A DNA stretch of 64,000 nt from Candidatus Giovannonibacteria bacterium RIFCSPHIGHO2_01_FULL_45_24 (GTDB taxonomy: Bacteria; Patescibacteriota; Minisyncoccia; UBA11713; 2-01-FULL-45-33). Made by a program: the position numbers and the translations under genes. This document shows positions 46,219 through 54,692 of the stretch, in pieces; the first letter of the stretch is position 1, and every line of letters starts with the position of its first letter. A model generated the notes under the pieces. The model worked only from the letters and a program-made list of their open reading frames with translations. It ran no database searches and was not told the origin of the DNA. The stretch spans positions 3,996 through 67,995 of the forward strand of contig MFHE01000007.1 of assembly GCA_001778495.1 (NCBI GenBank), in the 5' to 3' direction.

Positions 46219-46841
46219 GGCTTATTATTGCGTTTGTTCTGCTCGCTGCCATCTCGCTGATCGGCGTGAAAAAAACTGATGTGGTAAGCGCCGAATTGAA
46301 CGGCTTAAAAACAAAATTGGTCGCCGCGGGCGTGATTGACAAAAAAAGATCGGAAAACCGCTTAAATCTTCTCTGGGCTTTTGGGCTCGCCAATAAAAAC
46401 GAAATTCTTGAAAAAGGGCCTATGGCAAACCTGCGATACGACACAGGCCGCTTCGCTTCCACCGGCGGCTGGATTCCAGCACAAGGCGGCGCAATGGACC
46501 ACTACTCGCGTTATGAATTCATCAAGCTCACCGATACCCAGCAAAAACTTGTTGAAAAATTAGCCAAAAATATCTACCGGCCCTGTTGCGACAATCCGGC
46601 TTATTTTCCGGACTGCAACCACGGCATGGCCATGCTGGGGCTTTTGGAGCTTATGGCCTCCGAGGGCGCGAGCGAGAAAGAAATGTATCTCGCGGCGCTC
46701 AAAGCAAACGCCGAATGGTTTCCGGACGCTTATCACAATATCGCGAAATACTTAGCGGCAAAGGGTTTAACCCCGGACCAAGCCGGCCCGAAAGAAATTT
46801 TAAGCGCGAAATACTCCAGCGGGAACGGCGGGGCTTGCTAA
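46182..46841 (+). CDS. Hypothetical anchored protein with PCC / DCNHG cysteine motifs
   Basis: 219 aa from the internal ATG (METKNEN + TM helix). IYRPCCDNPAYFPDCNHGMAMLG. Overlaps the VKOR 3' end by 37 nt. Confidence 0.55.
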   Translation: METKNENDFVGIGLIIAFVLLAAISLIGVKKTDVVSAELNGLKTKLVAAGVIDKKRSENRLNLLWAFGLANKNEILEKGPMANLRYDTGRFASTGGWIPAQGGAMDHYSRYEFIKLTDTQQKLVEKLAKNIYRPCCDNPAYFPDCNHGMAMLGLLELMASEGASEKEMYLAALKANAEWFPDAYHNIAKYLAAKGLTPDQAGPKEILSAKYSSGNGGAC

Positions 46842-46897
46842 GAAGAGTATAATTAAATTAAAGGCCGATATTATCAGCAAATATATAAATAACAAAT

Positions 46898-47158
46898 ATG
46901 CAATTAAATAAACAAAAATTTGCTTTAGCCGCAGCCGCTGTAATGAGCGGCTGGTCAGTGATTTGCGCAGTCTTAGTCGCAATAGCGCCAAATTTGGCGC
47001 TCACCCTGTTCAGCTGGATGGTTCATCTGGTCAATCTTAAGGCGGGCGTGAGCTTCCCGGGAGCAATTTATGGGATTATTGAAGTTTTCATCCTGACCTA
47101 CATAACCGCCTACGCTTTTGCGTTGCTGCACAATAAATTTATCCAGCCCAAGACCTAG
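46898..47158 (+). CDS. Small two-helix membrane protein (DUF5676-like by eye)
   Basis: 86 aa, immediately upstream of the P-type ATPase. Confidence 0.5.
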   Translation: MQLNKQKFALAAAAVMSGWSVICAVLVAIAPNLALTLFSWMVHLVNLKAGVSFPGAIYGIIEVFILTYITAYAFALLHNKFIQPKT

Positions 47159-47160
47159 CG

Positions 47161-49293
47161 ATGAAAAAAACGATTTATACTTGCCCGATGCATCCGGAGG
47201 TGATTAGAAACGAGCCCGGGAATTGTCCGGGCTGCGGCATGGATCTTATTCTTAAAAAAGCGGTGATATCTGCTCCGTATCAACATGAAATACCCGGCGC
47301 GAAGACCGGCCCGCAGATGGCTAAAAAAATGGAGCAAGATATGCGGCGCCGCTTTTGGATTTCTTTTATTCTCTCTATTCCGATTGTTTTATATTCTCCT
47401 TTGGGGCTCAACTACTTTAAGCTTAATCTTCCGACACCGATTCCGACGAACTGGTTGCTTCTTATCCTTACAACGCCCATAGTTTTTTGGACCGGCTCAA
47501 TTTTTATCACCGGCACTTATTACTCGCTCAAGGCCAAAAAATTAAATATGTCCGTTCTAATCGCGACCGGCGTTCTGGCGGCGTATCTTTTCAGCGTTCT
47601 CTTAACCATAATCGGCGGGGATGAAACTTTTTACGAAGCGGCGGCGCTTTTGGTGACATTTGTTTTATTCGGCCATTGGATGGAGATGAAATCGCGGCGT
47701 GGCACTTCCGACGCGCTTCGCGCGCTTTTTGATCTTGTGCCGCCTCGGGCGAACGTGATTCATAATGGTAAAGAAATCACAATACCAAGCGCTGAAATTG
47801 TTCATAATGATATCGTCATATTGCGGCCCGGAGATAAAGTGCCGGTTGACGGAGTTATTGCCGAGGGCGAATCGTCAATTGACGAATCGCTGGTCACCGG
47901 CGAGTCCATTCCGGTTTTAAAAAAAATCGGCGATAAAGTCATCGGCGGCTCGGTCAACCAAACCGGCACCGTAAAATTCAAGGCGACCGGGGTCGGCTCG
48001 GAAACGGTTCTCGCGCAAATCATCAAACTCGTTGAATCCGCCCAAAATTCCAAAGCGCCCGGACAGCGGATTGCCGACAAAGCCGCCGGCTGGCTTGTGC
48101 TGGTTGCAATCGGCTCCGGAATCGCGGCGTTTCTGGGCTGGTATTTTATCGCCGGCGCGGCGCTTTTGACGGCCCTGACTTTCGCGATATCCGCTGTAGT
48201 TATCGCCTGCCCTGACGCCTTGGGGCTCGCGACTCCGACCGCTGTCGCGGTAGGCACCGGCATCGGCGCCAAACACAATATTTTAATCAAAGACGCTTCA
48301 ACCCTGGAGAATACTTCAAGAATCAATGCCATTATTCTTGACAAAACGGGAACATTAACCCTCGGGAGGCCGAAGGTCACCGATGTTATTGCTTTTAATA
48401 ACTTTAGCGAACGCGACATTTTGCGCTACGAGGCCAGCATTGAGGCCGGGTCAAATCATCCGCTTGCGAAAGCCATCTTGGAAGAAGCCGAGGGGCGCGG
48501 CGCTTTGCCGCTCAATGCGATGGAAAATTTTGAGTCGCTTGCCGGCCACGGACTCAAAGCCCGGATTGGCAATAAAATAATTTTAGCCGGAACGGAAAAA
48601 CTGCTTAAAGATAACGGAGTCTCAACCGGCGCCTGGCGCGGAGCTCTTGACCGGCTTGCCGGAGAAGGAAAAACATTAAGCTTGCTGGCTGTTGACGGAG
48701 TTTTTGCGGGCGTTGTCGCCGCCGCGGACCCTCCCAGAGCAAATTCCAAAAAGACCATCGCGGCGCTGAAAAATCTGGGGTTGGAAGTTGTGATGATTAC
48801 CGGAGACCACGCGAAAGTAGCTGAGGGTATTGGGAAAGAATTGGGCATTGACAGGGTATTCGGCGAAGTGCTTCCCGGAGACAAAGCGAGGTACGTTAAA
48901 AAATTGCGGGACGAGGGGAAATTCGTCGCGATGGTCGGAGACGGCATTAACGACGCGCCGGCGCTCGCGGAGTCCGACATAGGCATCGCCATCGGCGCCG
49001 GAACGGACGTGGCGATTGAAACCGGAAACATCGTCCTTATGAAATCAGACCCCTACGATATCGTGGCGGCGCTCCGCTTAAGCAAGGCAACCGTAATCAA
49101 AATGAAACAAAATCTTTTCTGGGCGGCAATTTACAATGTGCTTGCGATACCGATTGCGGCCGGCGTTTTTTATAATTCGCTCGGCTGGTCACTCCGCCCC
49201 GAGATTTCAGCACTCCTTATGTCCGCTTCCTCAATTATCGTGGCTACTAACGCGGTGTTATTGAAAAGAGTTGAGCCCAGCCTGCGTCAATAA
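47161..49293 (+). CDS. Heavy-metal (copper-type) P1B-ATPase with CPD transmembrane motif
   Basis: 710 aa. N-terminal YTCPMHPEVIRNEPGNCPGCGMDL metal-binding module, plus TGES, ACPDALGLATP, DKTGTLT, GDGINDAPAL, the YN (AAIYNVLAIP) and the MSASS motifs. Confidence 0.95.
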   Translation: MKKTIYTCPMHPEVIRNEPGNCPGCGMDLILKKAVISAPYQHEIPGAKTGPQMAKKMEQDMRRRFWISFILSIPIVLYSPLGLNYFKLNLPTPIPTNWLLLILTTPIVFWTGSIFITGTYYSLKAKKLNMSVLIATGVLAAYLFSVLLTIIGGDETFYEAAALLVTFVLFGHWMEMKSRRGTSDALRALFDLVPPRANVIHNGKEITIPSAEIVHNDIVILRPGDKVPVDGVIAEGESSIDESLVTGESIPVLKKIGDKVIGGSVNQTGTVKFKATGVGSETVLAQIIKLVESAQNSKAPGQRIADKAAGWLVLVAIGSGIAAFLGWYFIAGAALLTALTFAISAVVIACPDALGLATPTAVAVGTGIGAKHNILIKDASTLENTSRINAIILDKTGTLTLGRPKVTDVIAFNNFSERDILRYEASIEAGSNHPLAKAILEEAEGRGALPLNAMENFESLAGHGLKARIGNKIILAGTEKLLKDNGVSTGAWRGALDRLAGEGKTLSLLAVDGVFAGVVAAADPPRANSKKTIAALKNLGLEVVMITGDHAKVAEGIGKELGIDRVFGEVLPGDKARYVKKLRDEGKFVAMVGDGINDAPALAESDIGIAIGAGTDVAIETGNIVLMKSDPYDIVAALRLSKATVIKMKQNLFWAAIYNVLAIPIAAGVFYNSLGWSLRPEISALLMSASSIIVATNAVLLKRVEPSLRQ

Positions 49294-49337
49294 GCTTCGG
49301 CGGGCAGGCAAAATTAAAAAAATGATAAAATAAACTT

Positions 49338-49718
49338 ATGAATACTAAACTCATTACTTGGGTTTTGCGCATCGCTGTTGCCGGTGAATTTCTCGGCCAT
49401 GGCGTTTTCGCGCTTCAGGGAAAAGCGCAATGGGTCGGCTGGTTTGCTAATTTCGGCGTATCCGATGTCAGCACTGCAGCCACTCTTTTATTTTTAGTCG
49501 GGCTGATAGATATTGCCCTGGCGCTTTTAATTTTAATAAAGCCGGTTCGGATTGCGCTTTTGTGGATGGCGCTTTGGGGATTTTGGACCGCTCTTCTGCG
49601 TCCCCTCGTCGGAGAACCGATCTGGGACTTTGTTGAACGTTGGGCTAATTGGGGAGCTCCGCTCACACTTCTCCTTATGGCTGGTTGGCCTAAGTCGCTT
49701 AAAGAGTGGTTTAAATAA
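49338..49718 (+). CDS. Hypothetical 4-TM membrane protein
   Basis: 126 aa and hydrophobic. Last gene of the plus-strand block. Confidence 0.55.
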   Translation: MNTKLITWVLRIAVAGEFLGHGVFALQGKAQWVGWFANFGVSDVSTAATLLFLVGLIDIALALLILIKPVRIALLWMALWGFWTALLRPLVGEPIWDFVERWANWGAPLTLLLMAGWPKSLKEWFK

Positions 49719-49725
49719 TTTATTA

Positions 49726-49756
49726 AATAAAAAGGGGCAGCGACGAATCGCGCCCC
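49726..49756 (-). terminator. Intrinsic terminator of the Cys/His-rich orphan
   Basis: GGGGCaGCGA-cgaa-TCGCGCCCC hairpin, followed on the minus strand by tttttatt. It begins 6 nt after the stop. Confidence 0.7.
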
Positions 49757-49761
49757 GCTCG

Positions 49762-50391
49762 CTAATCTGCCACTCTTGCGTTTTTTTTGAACCACATTAG
49801 CGCGGATGCAAACTCCAGATTGCCGCTATGCTGGCGGCATTCCACCTGAAGGATAACCGCGCCGTTTATCGCTTGCGGTTCAGCAAGCGTGATTTTCAAC
49901 TTCTCGACCAATTCCGAGATTTCCGCCGCTGTCCAGGTTTTTTTCTCACGGTTACGGTTAGCGTGCAAGTGTTCGCAGCACCAAAGCGAACACTCATGGT
50001 CAAGGTGATCATACATCACATCCGAATCCAGGTGATGCTGACACCAGTTAAGCTTCCCGCAGGCGCATTTTTTGAAAAAAACCGGCGGCAATCCGCACCG
50101 GCAACGTAAGAAAAACGGCGCGGCGGCATCTTTTTGGGGCAATGCCAAGGCAATCCATTCAAAAAGCCACTGGCCATTATTCGGCCAAGGAGTCGTATGG
50201 TCATTGCCATTTTGGGTGTGAACATATCTAAGCCATGCCCTGAAATGCTCCTCCGAAAGCTCTATCTTAAAACTGGCGTTCCTCCGCCACTCTTTCAGAA
50301 TGGCAAGATTGACTGCCAGCTCCTCCGGTTTTTGAACCACGTCTTTGAAATCAAGAAGCCAAAGCTGTGAGCCCTTCCTGGATGTCACCAT
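49762..50391 (-). CDS. Cys/His-rich hypothetical protein (SD-bearing orphan)
   Basis: 209 aa from the ATG, preceded by GGAAGGAGGT at 7 nt. Dense metal-ligand block: CRCGLPPVFFKKCACGKLNWCQHHLDSDVMYDHLDHECSLWCCEHLH. Confidence 0.6.
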   Translation of the reverse strand: MVTSRKGSQLWLLDFKDVVQKPEELAVNLAILKEWRRNASFKIELSEEHFRAWLRYVHTQNGNDHTTPWPNNGQWLFEWIALALPQKDAAAPFFLRCRCGLPPVFFKKCACGKLNWCQHHLDSDVMYDHLDHECSLWCCEHLHANRNREKKTWTAAEISELVEKLKITLAEPQAINGAVILQVECRQHSGNLEFASALMWFKKNARVAD

Positions 50392-50494
50392 TTGCAATAC
50401 CTCCTTCCTGCTTTTTTATAGCAAGAACATCCGGTTCATTGCAACGCGCAAGCTGTGGATTGTGGGCCGCGGTGAAAAATGTTATATTTTGCTT

Positions 50495-51430
50495 ATGAAT
50501 GAAAAAGCTGGCCCTAAAGACGTGTTTCTTCAGCTTTTAAATATTATCGCGCTTTACGTGAGCGCGGGGATGTTTATAAATCTGATTTTCAGCTACATCA
50601 ACATCTGGCTGCCGGACGCGCTTTCGGAAAATTATTACACGCTCCTTGCCGCGCGCTCGTCCGTCCGCTTGGCGATAGCGAGCTTGATTGTGGTCTTCCC
50701 GGTTTACATCTGGGCGACATGGTTTTTAAATAAAGGATATGCCGCAATACCGGCGAAGCGCGAGATGAAAATAAGAAAATGGCTGCTTTATTTCACGCTT
50801 TTTCTGGCAGGGATAATAATCATCGGCGATTTAGTGACATTGATTTACAACCTTTTGCAAGGCGAGCTGACGGCGAGATTTTTGCTTAAAATTTTGGCGG
50901 TACTTATAGTCGCTAGCGCCGTTTTCGGATATTATATTTTAGACATTAAAAACAAGGCGCCGCACAAAGTTTTTTGCTACGGCGCGTCTTTGATAATCCT
51001 TGCGGCGATTGCCGCCGGTTTTTTCCTTGTGGGCTCGCCGAAAGAAGAGCGCGCCAGAAAATTTGACGACCAAAGAGTCCAGCATCTTCAGCTTATCCAA
51101 TCTGAAATAATAAATTATTGGATTAAAAAAGCCGCGCTACCGAAAACCTTGGGCGAACTAGATGACCCTATCAGAGGCGTCGTCATCTCCAAAGACCCCG
51201 AATCCGGCGCGGAGTATGTTTATGAAGTTGTTGATAAAGAAAACTTCAAACTCTGCGCGACATTTAATCTGCCGAGCTTAGGCCAAGTATTATTAAAAAC
51301 AATGCGGGAACCGGCCGCTCCTCCATCGCTAGCATATTACAACGAACAAAACTGGGCGCACGGCCAAGACCAAACCTGCTTTGACCGGAAAATAGACAAG
51401 GACCTTTACAAACCGGAGAAGGTGAGGTAG
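50495..51430 (+). CDS. Polytopic membrane protein with C-terminal extracytoplasmic domain (DUF5671-like by eye)
   Basis: 311 aa from the internal ATG (MNEKAGPKDVF). About 5 TM helices, followed by a soluble domain. Confidence 0.6.
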   Translation: MNEKAGPKDVFLQLLNIIALYVSAGMFINLIFSYINIWLPDALSENYYTLLAARSSVRLAIASLIVVFPVYIWATWFLNKGYAAIPAKREMKIRKWLLYFTLFLAGIIIIGDLVTLIYNLLQGELTARFLLKILAVLIVASAVFGYYILDIKNKAPHKVFCYGASLIILAAIAAGFFLVGSPKEERARKFDDQRVQHLQLIQSEIINYWIKKAALPKTLGELDDPIRGVVISKDPESGAEYVYEVVDKENFKLCATFNLPSLGQVLLKTMREPAAPPSLAYYNEQNWAHGQDQTCFDRKIDKDLYKPEKVR

Positions 51431-51454
51431 GATAAATTAAGGAGGGAAAATAGC

Positions 51455-51766
51455 ATGAAGATTGCTCTTTTAATTCTTCTTTTTTCGTGTTTATTGGATA
51501 CTCTAAGTTCATTATGCTGCGCCAGAAAAGATAAATGGGACTGGTCATCTGAAAAAAATCCTATCATACAACGTAACGGGAAAGCATTGGGCTGGAGCCA
51601 AACGCTCTGGATGCACAATTTATGGCCTATAACACTAGGAGTTTATTATTGTGTACTGATTAGCTTTCTGTCTTCTCTTATAGCCGTCACTTTAGTACTC
51701 TTGATGTCAGCGATAAAACTAGAAGCCGCTTTGAGCAATTTTATTTATGGAATAAAACGCTCCTGA
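51455..51766 (+). CDS. Small secreted/membrane hypothetical protein (SD-bearing)
   Basis: 103 aa. AAGGAGGG lies 8 nt before the ATG. Signal-like N-terminus and a C-terminal TM helix. AT-rich. Confidence 0.45.
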   Translation: MKIALLILLFSCLLDTLSSLCCARKDKWDWSSEKNPIIQRNGKALGWSQTLWMHNLWPITLGVYYCVLISFLSSLIAVTLVLLMSAIKLEAALSNFIYGIKRS

Positions 51767-51856
51767 AGCGGCTTTTTTATTTTCTCTTCGCCAGAACGTT
51801 TTCTGCTTCTCCTGCCCGCAATACTACGCATAGTGTTGCAGGCGGGTCAAATTTTA

Positions 51857-53998
51857 TCATTTTTTGACCAGCTCACTTGCGTCCTCAAACTTAATAGACA
51901 ATAGCTTGCTTACTCCGTCCCCTCCCATTGTGACTCCATAAAGGACATCGGCGGCTTTCATTGTTTCGCGGTTGTGGGTGACGACTATAAGCTGTGTTTT
52001 TTTACCGAGTTCCCGGAGCATTAAGGCGTATCTCGCCGAGTTTGCTTCGTCCAAAGCCGCGTCTGTTTCGTCCAAAACCAAAAATGGCGGGGGGTTCGCC
52101 GTGGACATCGCAAAAAGCAGGGCGATGGACGTAAGCGCCCGCTCGCCTCCAGAGAGCATATTGAGAGACCTGATTCGTTTTCTGGGAATATCCACCGTAA
52201 TTTCCAGTCCCGGCTCCGTCTCTTCCTCAAATTCTTCCTGCCAAGCTTCATCCAGCGCACTTTCTTCCGGCTTCTTGGGCTTGGGTTTCTCCATCTTTAT
52301 CTCGGCCTTACCCCCACCGAAAATTTCCCTGAAAAATTCTCCGAAAAGCTTGTTAATTTTGGAAAGCCCTGCGTCAAAATCCTTGGCAATTCTTCCTTCA
52401 AGCTCGTCAAATATGTTTTTTAAAGACGCCGCGGTTGTTTTTAGGTCTTCAAGCTCTTTGGCTAGAAATTCGTCGCGTTTTTTCGTCTCTTCAAATTCGC
52501 TAAGCGCAGATTCATCAACCCCGCCGGCCTCTTCCAGCCGTATGCGAAGCCGCTCAATTTTCTTTCTGAAATCAGCGCGCTGGGCATCTCCAAGCAGTTC
52601 GCCAGCCGGCTTGGCGCTTTCTAAAAACTGCCCGAATTCCAATTCAAATTCTTTTTTTAATATAATTATCTTATCCTCGCGCCCAAAAATCGCTCTTAAA
52701 GAATCTTTGGCCTTGGCTGCCTCCTCCATCTTCATCTTCAAAAGTGCCCCTTCTTTTTGGATTTTAAGCGCCCTGCCTTCGTAATTTTTTTGGAGATCGC
52801 GCCTTTGGGAGGTAATTTCTTTTTCTTCTTTATCCAGCTCCGCGATTTCTTCCTTTAATTTCGCGGTCTCCGGCAAAACGATTTCTTTCTGATGAGAATC
52901 GCCGTTTATATGCTCCAAAAACCTGTAAATTTTCTGCGTAACCGCGAAGACGGAGTTCCTCACCGCCTCCATTGTTCCAAAGTGCGAGGCAGTTTCCAAA
53001 TCGGAAGCCAAATCCATCAAAACGGATTTTATTTTTTCTTTGGGCACTCCTCCGGCGTAAGAGCGGGCAGAGGCGACCTCCGCCCTTCCGGCCTCCCTGT
53101 CCAGTTCCCTTCTCTTTTTAGAAAGAATATCCTGAATCTCGTCCAGTTTTTTCATCTCCGAAAAAAAATCCTCCGCATCGCTTTCACGGCCCAGCGCTTT
53201 TTCGCTCTCCTTGATTTCCTTTTCCAAATCTTTGGCGCGCGCCTCCAGCGGCTTTCTTTCTTTTTCGGCTTCGGCTGATTCGTGAGATAAAGTTTTAAGC
53301 TCCCTACCTACATATTCTTCCGTCAGCGCGCTTAAATCTTTGCGGATTTGTGCGGCATTTTTCATTTTTTCCGCCCGCGACTCCAGATATTTCAAGTGCG
53401 GCTGGATTTCGCGTTTCAAAGATTCAACCTGCTTGATGTTATTTTCGGCGGCTTCCAATTTTCTTAAAGCCTCATTTTTTTTGAGTTCAAAAATTTTAAG
53501 CCCAAGCGCTTCCTCAATCATTGATTTTCTTTCTTTGAGGGAGGCGTAGAGTATGCGATCGGCATCGCCCTGCGCGATGATATGGTGCTGGGAAGCCCCC
53601 AGGCCGACTTTGGATAGAAGCTCAATTATATCTTTGAGGCGAACATGCGAATCGTTTAAAACATAATCGCTCGCGCCGTCGCGGTAAACGCGGCGGGATA
53701 CAACCACCTCGCTGAACTCCACCGGAAAAATTTTTTGCCTGTTATCAAAAACCAAAGATGTTGATGCTTTTGCAAGACGAGCAACTTGTGAATTTCCAGC
53801 AAAAATTAAATCCTCTCCTTTTTTCCCACGGAGGTGTTTCATCGACTGCTCGCCCAAAACCCAGCGGATTGCGTCCGCAATGTTTGACTTTCCAGAACCG
53901 TTCGGGCCGACGATTGCAGTGATTTTCGTCGGGAATTCCAGCGTTATCGGCTTGGCAAAAGACTTAAAGCCGGATATTTCCAGCCGTTTAAAAAGCAT
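51857..53998 (-). CDS. smc: SMC-family chromosome partition ATPase, short form (713 aa)
   Basis: Start at MLFKRLEISGFKSF. Walker A GPNGSGKSN, signature LSGGERALTSIALLFA, Walker B FLVLDETDAALD. The coiled-coil middle is short, and no hinge is recognisable by eye. Confidence 0.85.
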   Translation of the reverse strand: MLFKRLEISGFKSFAKPITLEFPTKITAIVGPNGSGKSNIADAIRWVLGEQSMKHLRGKKGEDLIFAGNSQVARLAKASTSLVFDNRQKIFPVEFSEVVVSRRVYRDGASDYVLNDSHVRLKDIIELLSKVGLGASQHHIIAQGDADRILYASLKERKSMIEEALGLKIFELKKNEALRKLEAAENNIKQVESLKREIQPHLKYLESRAEKMKNAAQIRKDLSALTEEYVGRELKTLSHESAEAEKERKPLEARAKDLEKEIKESEKALGRESDAEDFFSEMKKLDEIQDILSKKRRELDREAGRAEVASARSYAGGVPKEKIKSVLMDLASDLETASHFGTMEAVRNSVFAVTQKIYRFLEHINGDSHQKEIVLPETAKLKEEIAELDKEEKEITSQRRDLQKNYEGRALKIQKEGALLKMKMEEAAKAKDSLRAIFGREDKIIILKKEFELEFGQFLESAKPAGELLGDAQRADFRKKIERLRIRLEEAGGVDESALSEFEETKKRDEFLAKELEDLKTTAASLKNIFDELEGRIAKDFDAGLSKINKLFGEFFREIFGGGKAEIKMEKPKPKKPEESALDEAWQEEFEEETEPGLEITVDIPRKRIRSLNMLSGGERALTSIALLFAMSTANPPPFLVLDETDAALDEANSARYALMLRELGKKTQLIVVTHNRETMKAADVLYGVTMGGDGVSKLLSIKFEDASELVKK

Positions 53999-53999
53999 A

Positions 54000-54692
54000 T
54001 TATCCCCAATTTTTAATTTTAAGGGCCGCCTCGGCGGCCTGCTGCTGGGCCTCCTGTTTGGAAGACCCTTCGCCTTCGGCAACAAGCTCCTTCCCCAAAT
54101 ATACTCCAACGATAAAATGCTTATCGTGGTCGGGGCCCCACTCTTTAATAACGTTGTATGTCGGCGTAACACCAACATTTTCCTGCGCCTGCTCCTGGAA
54201 AAAGCTCTTGGCGTCCCTATAAAGTTTTTTTTCCAAAATTTCGGAAATTTTAGGAGAGAGAGTGCGCAAAATAAAATCGCTGGCAACGGCGTACCCAAGG
54301 TCCAGATAAATCGCGCCAATTACGGCCTCAAAAGCGTTCGCTAAAATATACTGCCTCGCCCGCCCGACGTCTTTCGCCTCCCCGCGGGAAAGAAGGAGAA
54401 AATTATTGAAATCCAAATCCCGGGCGATGTCGCCCAGCATGTTGGAATTGACCAAAGACGCGCGGAGGGATGTAAGCTCGCCCTCGGGCTTGTCCGGAAA
54501 TTGGCCGTAGATGTGCTCCGTCACCACAAGCTCCAGCGCCGCGTCTCCCAAAAATTCAAGCCGTTCATTGTGCCCACCACCCACATCTGGGTTCTCATTT
54601 AAATAAGAACGGTGAGTGAGCGCCGTGCGCAGAAGCTCTTTGTCTTTAAACTCAACGTCCAGTATTTTTTCAAATTTTGAGAGATCTGGCAT
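54000..54692 (-). CDS. rnc: Ribonuclease III
   Basis: 230 aa. NERLEFLGDAALELVV signature and a C-terminal dsRBD. Confidence 0.95.
   Translation of the reverse strand: MPDLSKFEKILDVEFKDKELLRTALTHRSYLNENPDVGGGHNERLEFLGDAALELVVTEHIYGQFPDKPEGELTSLRASLVNSNMLGDIARDLDFNNFLLLSRGEAKDVGRARQYILANAFEAVIGAIYLDLGYAVASDFILRTLSPKISEILEKKLYRDAKSFFQEQAQENVGVTPTYNVIKEWGPDHDKHFIVGVYLGKELVAEGEGSSKQEAQQQAAEAALKIKNWG

Noticed and set aside
51811-51846. An imperfect 11-bp-arm hairpin (CCTGCCCGCAA...TTGCAGGCGGG) just downstream of smc.
   Set aside because: It has one mismatch, one G-U pair, a 14-nt loop and no T-run on the minus strand. That is not convincing as a terminator or a structured RNA.
51972-52784. A 270-aa Ser-rich ORF on the plus strand.
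   Set aside because: It lies entirely antisense to the well-supported smc gene. It is low-complexity and has no start signals, so it is a shadow ORF.
53999-54319. A 107-codon N-terminal extension of the smc ORF in the track (820 aa).
   Set aside because: It fully overlaps the 3' part of rnc in another frame. The canonical SMC N-terminus MLFKRLEISGF starts at 53998, immediately after the rnc stop.
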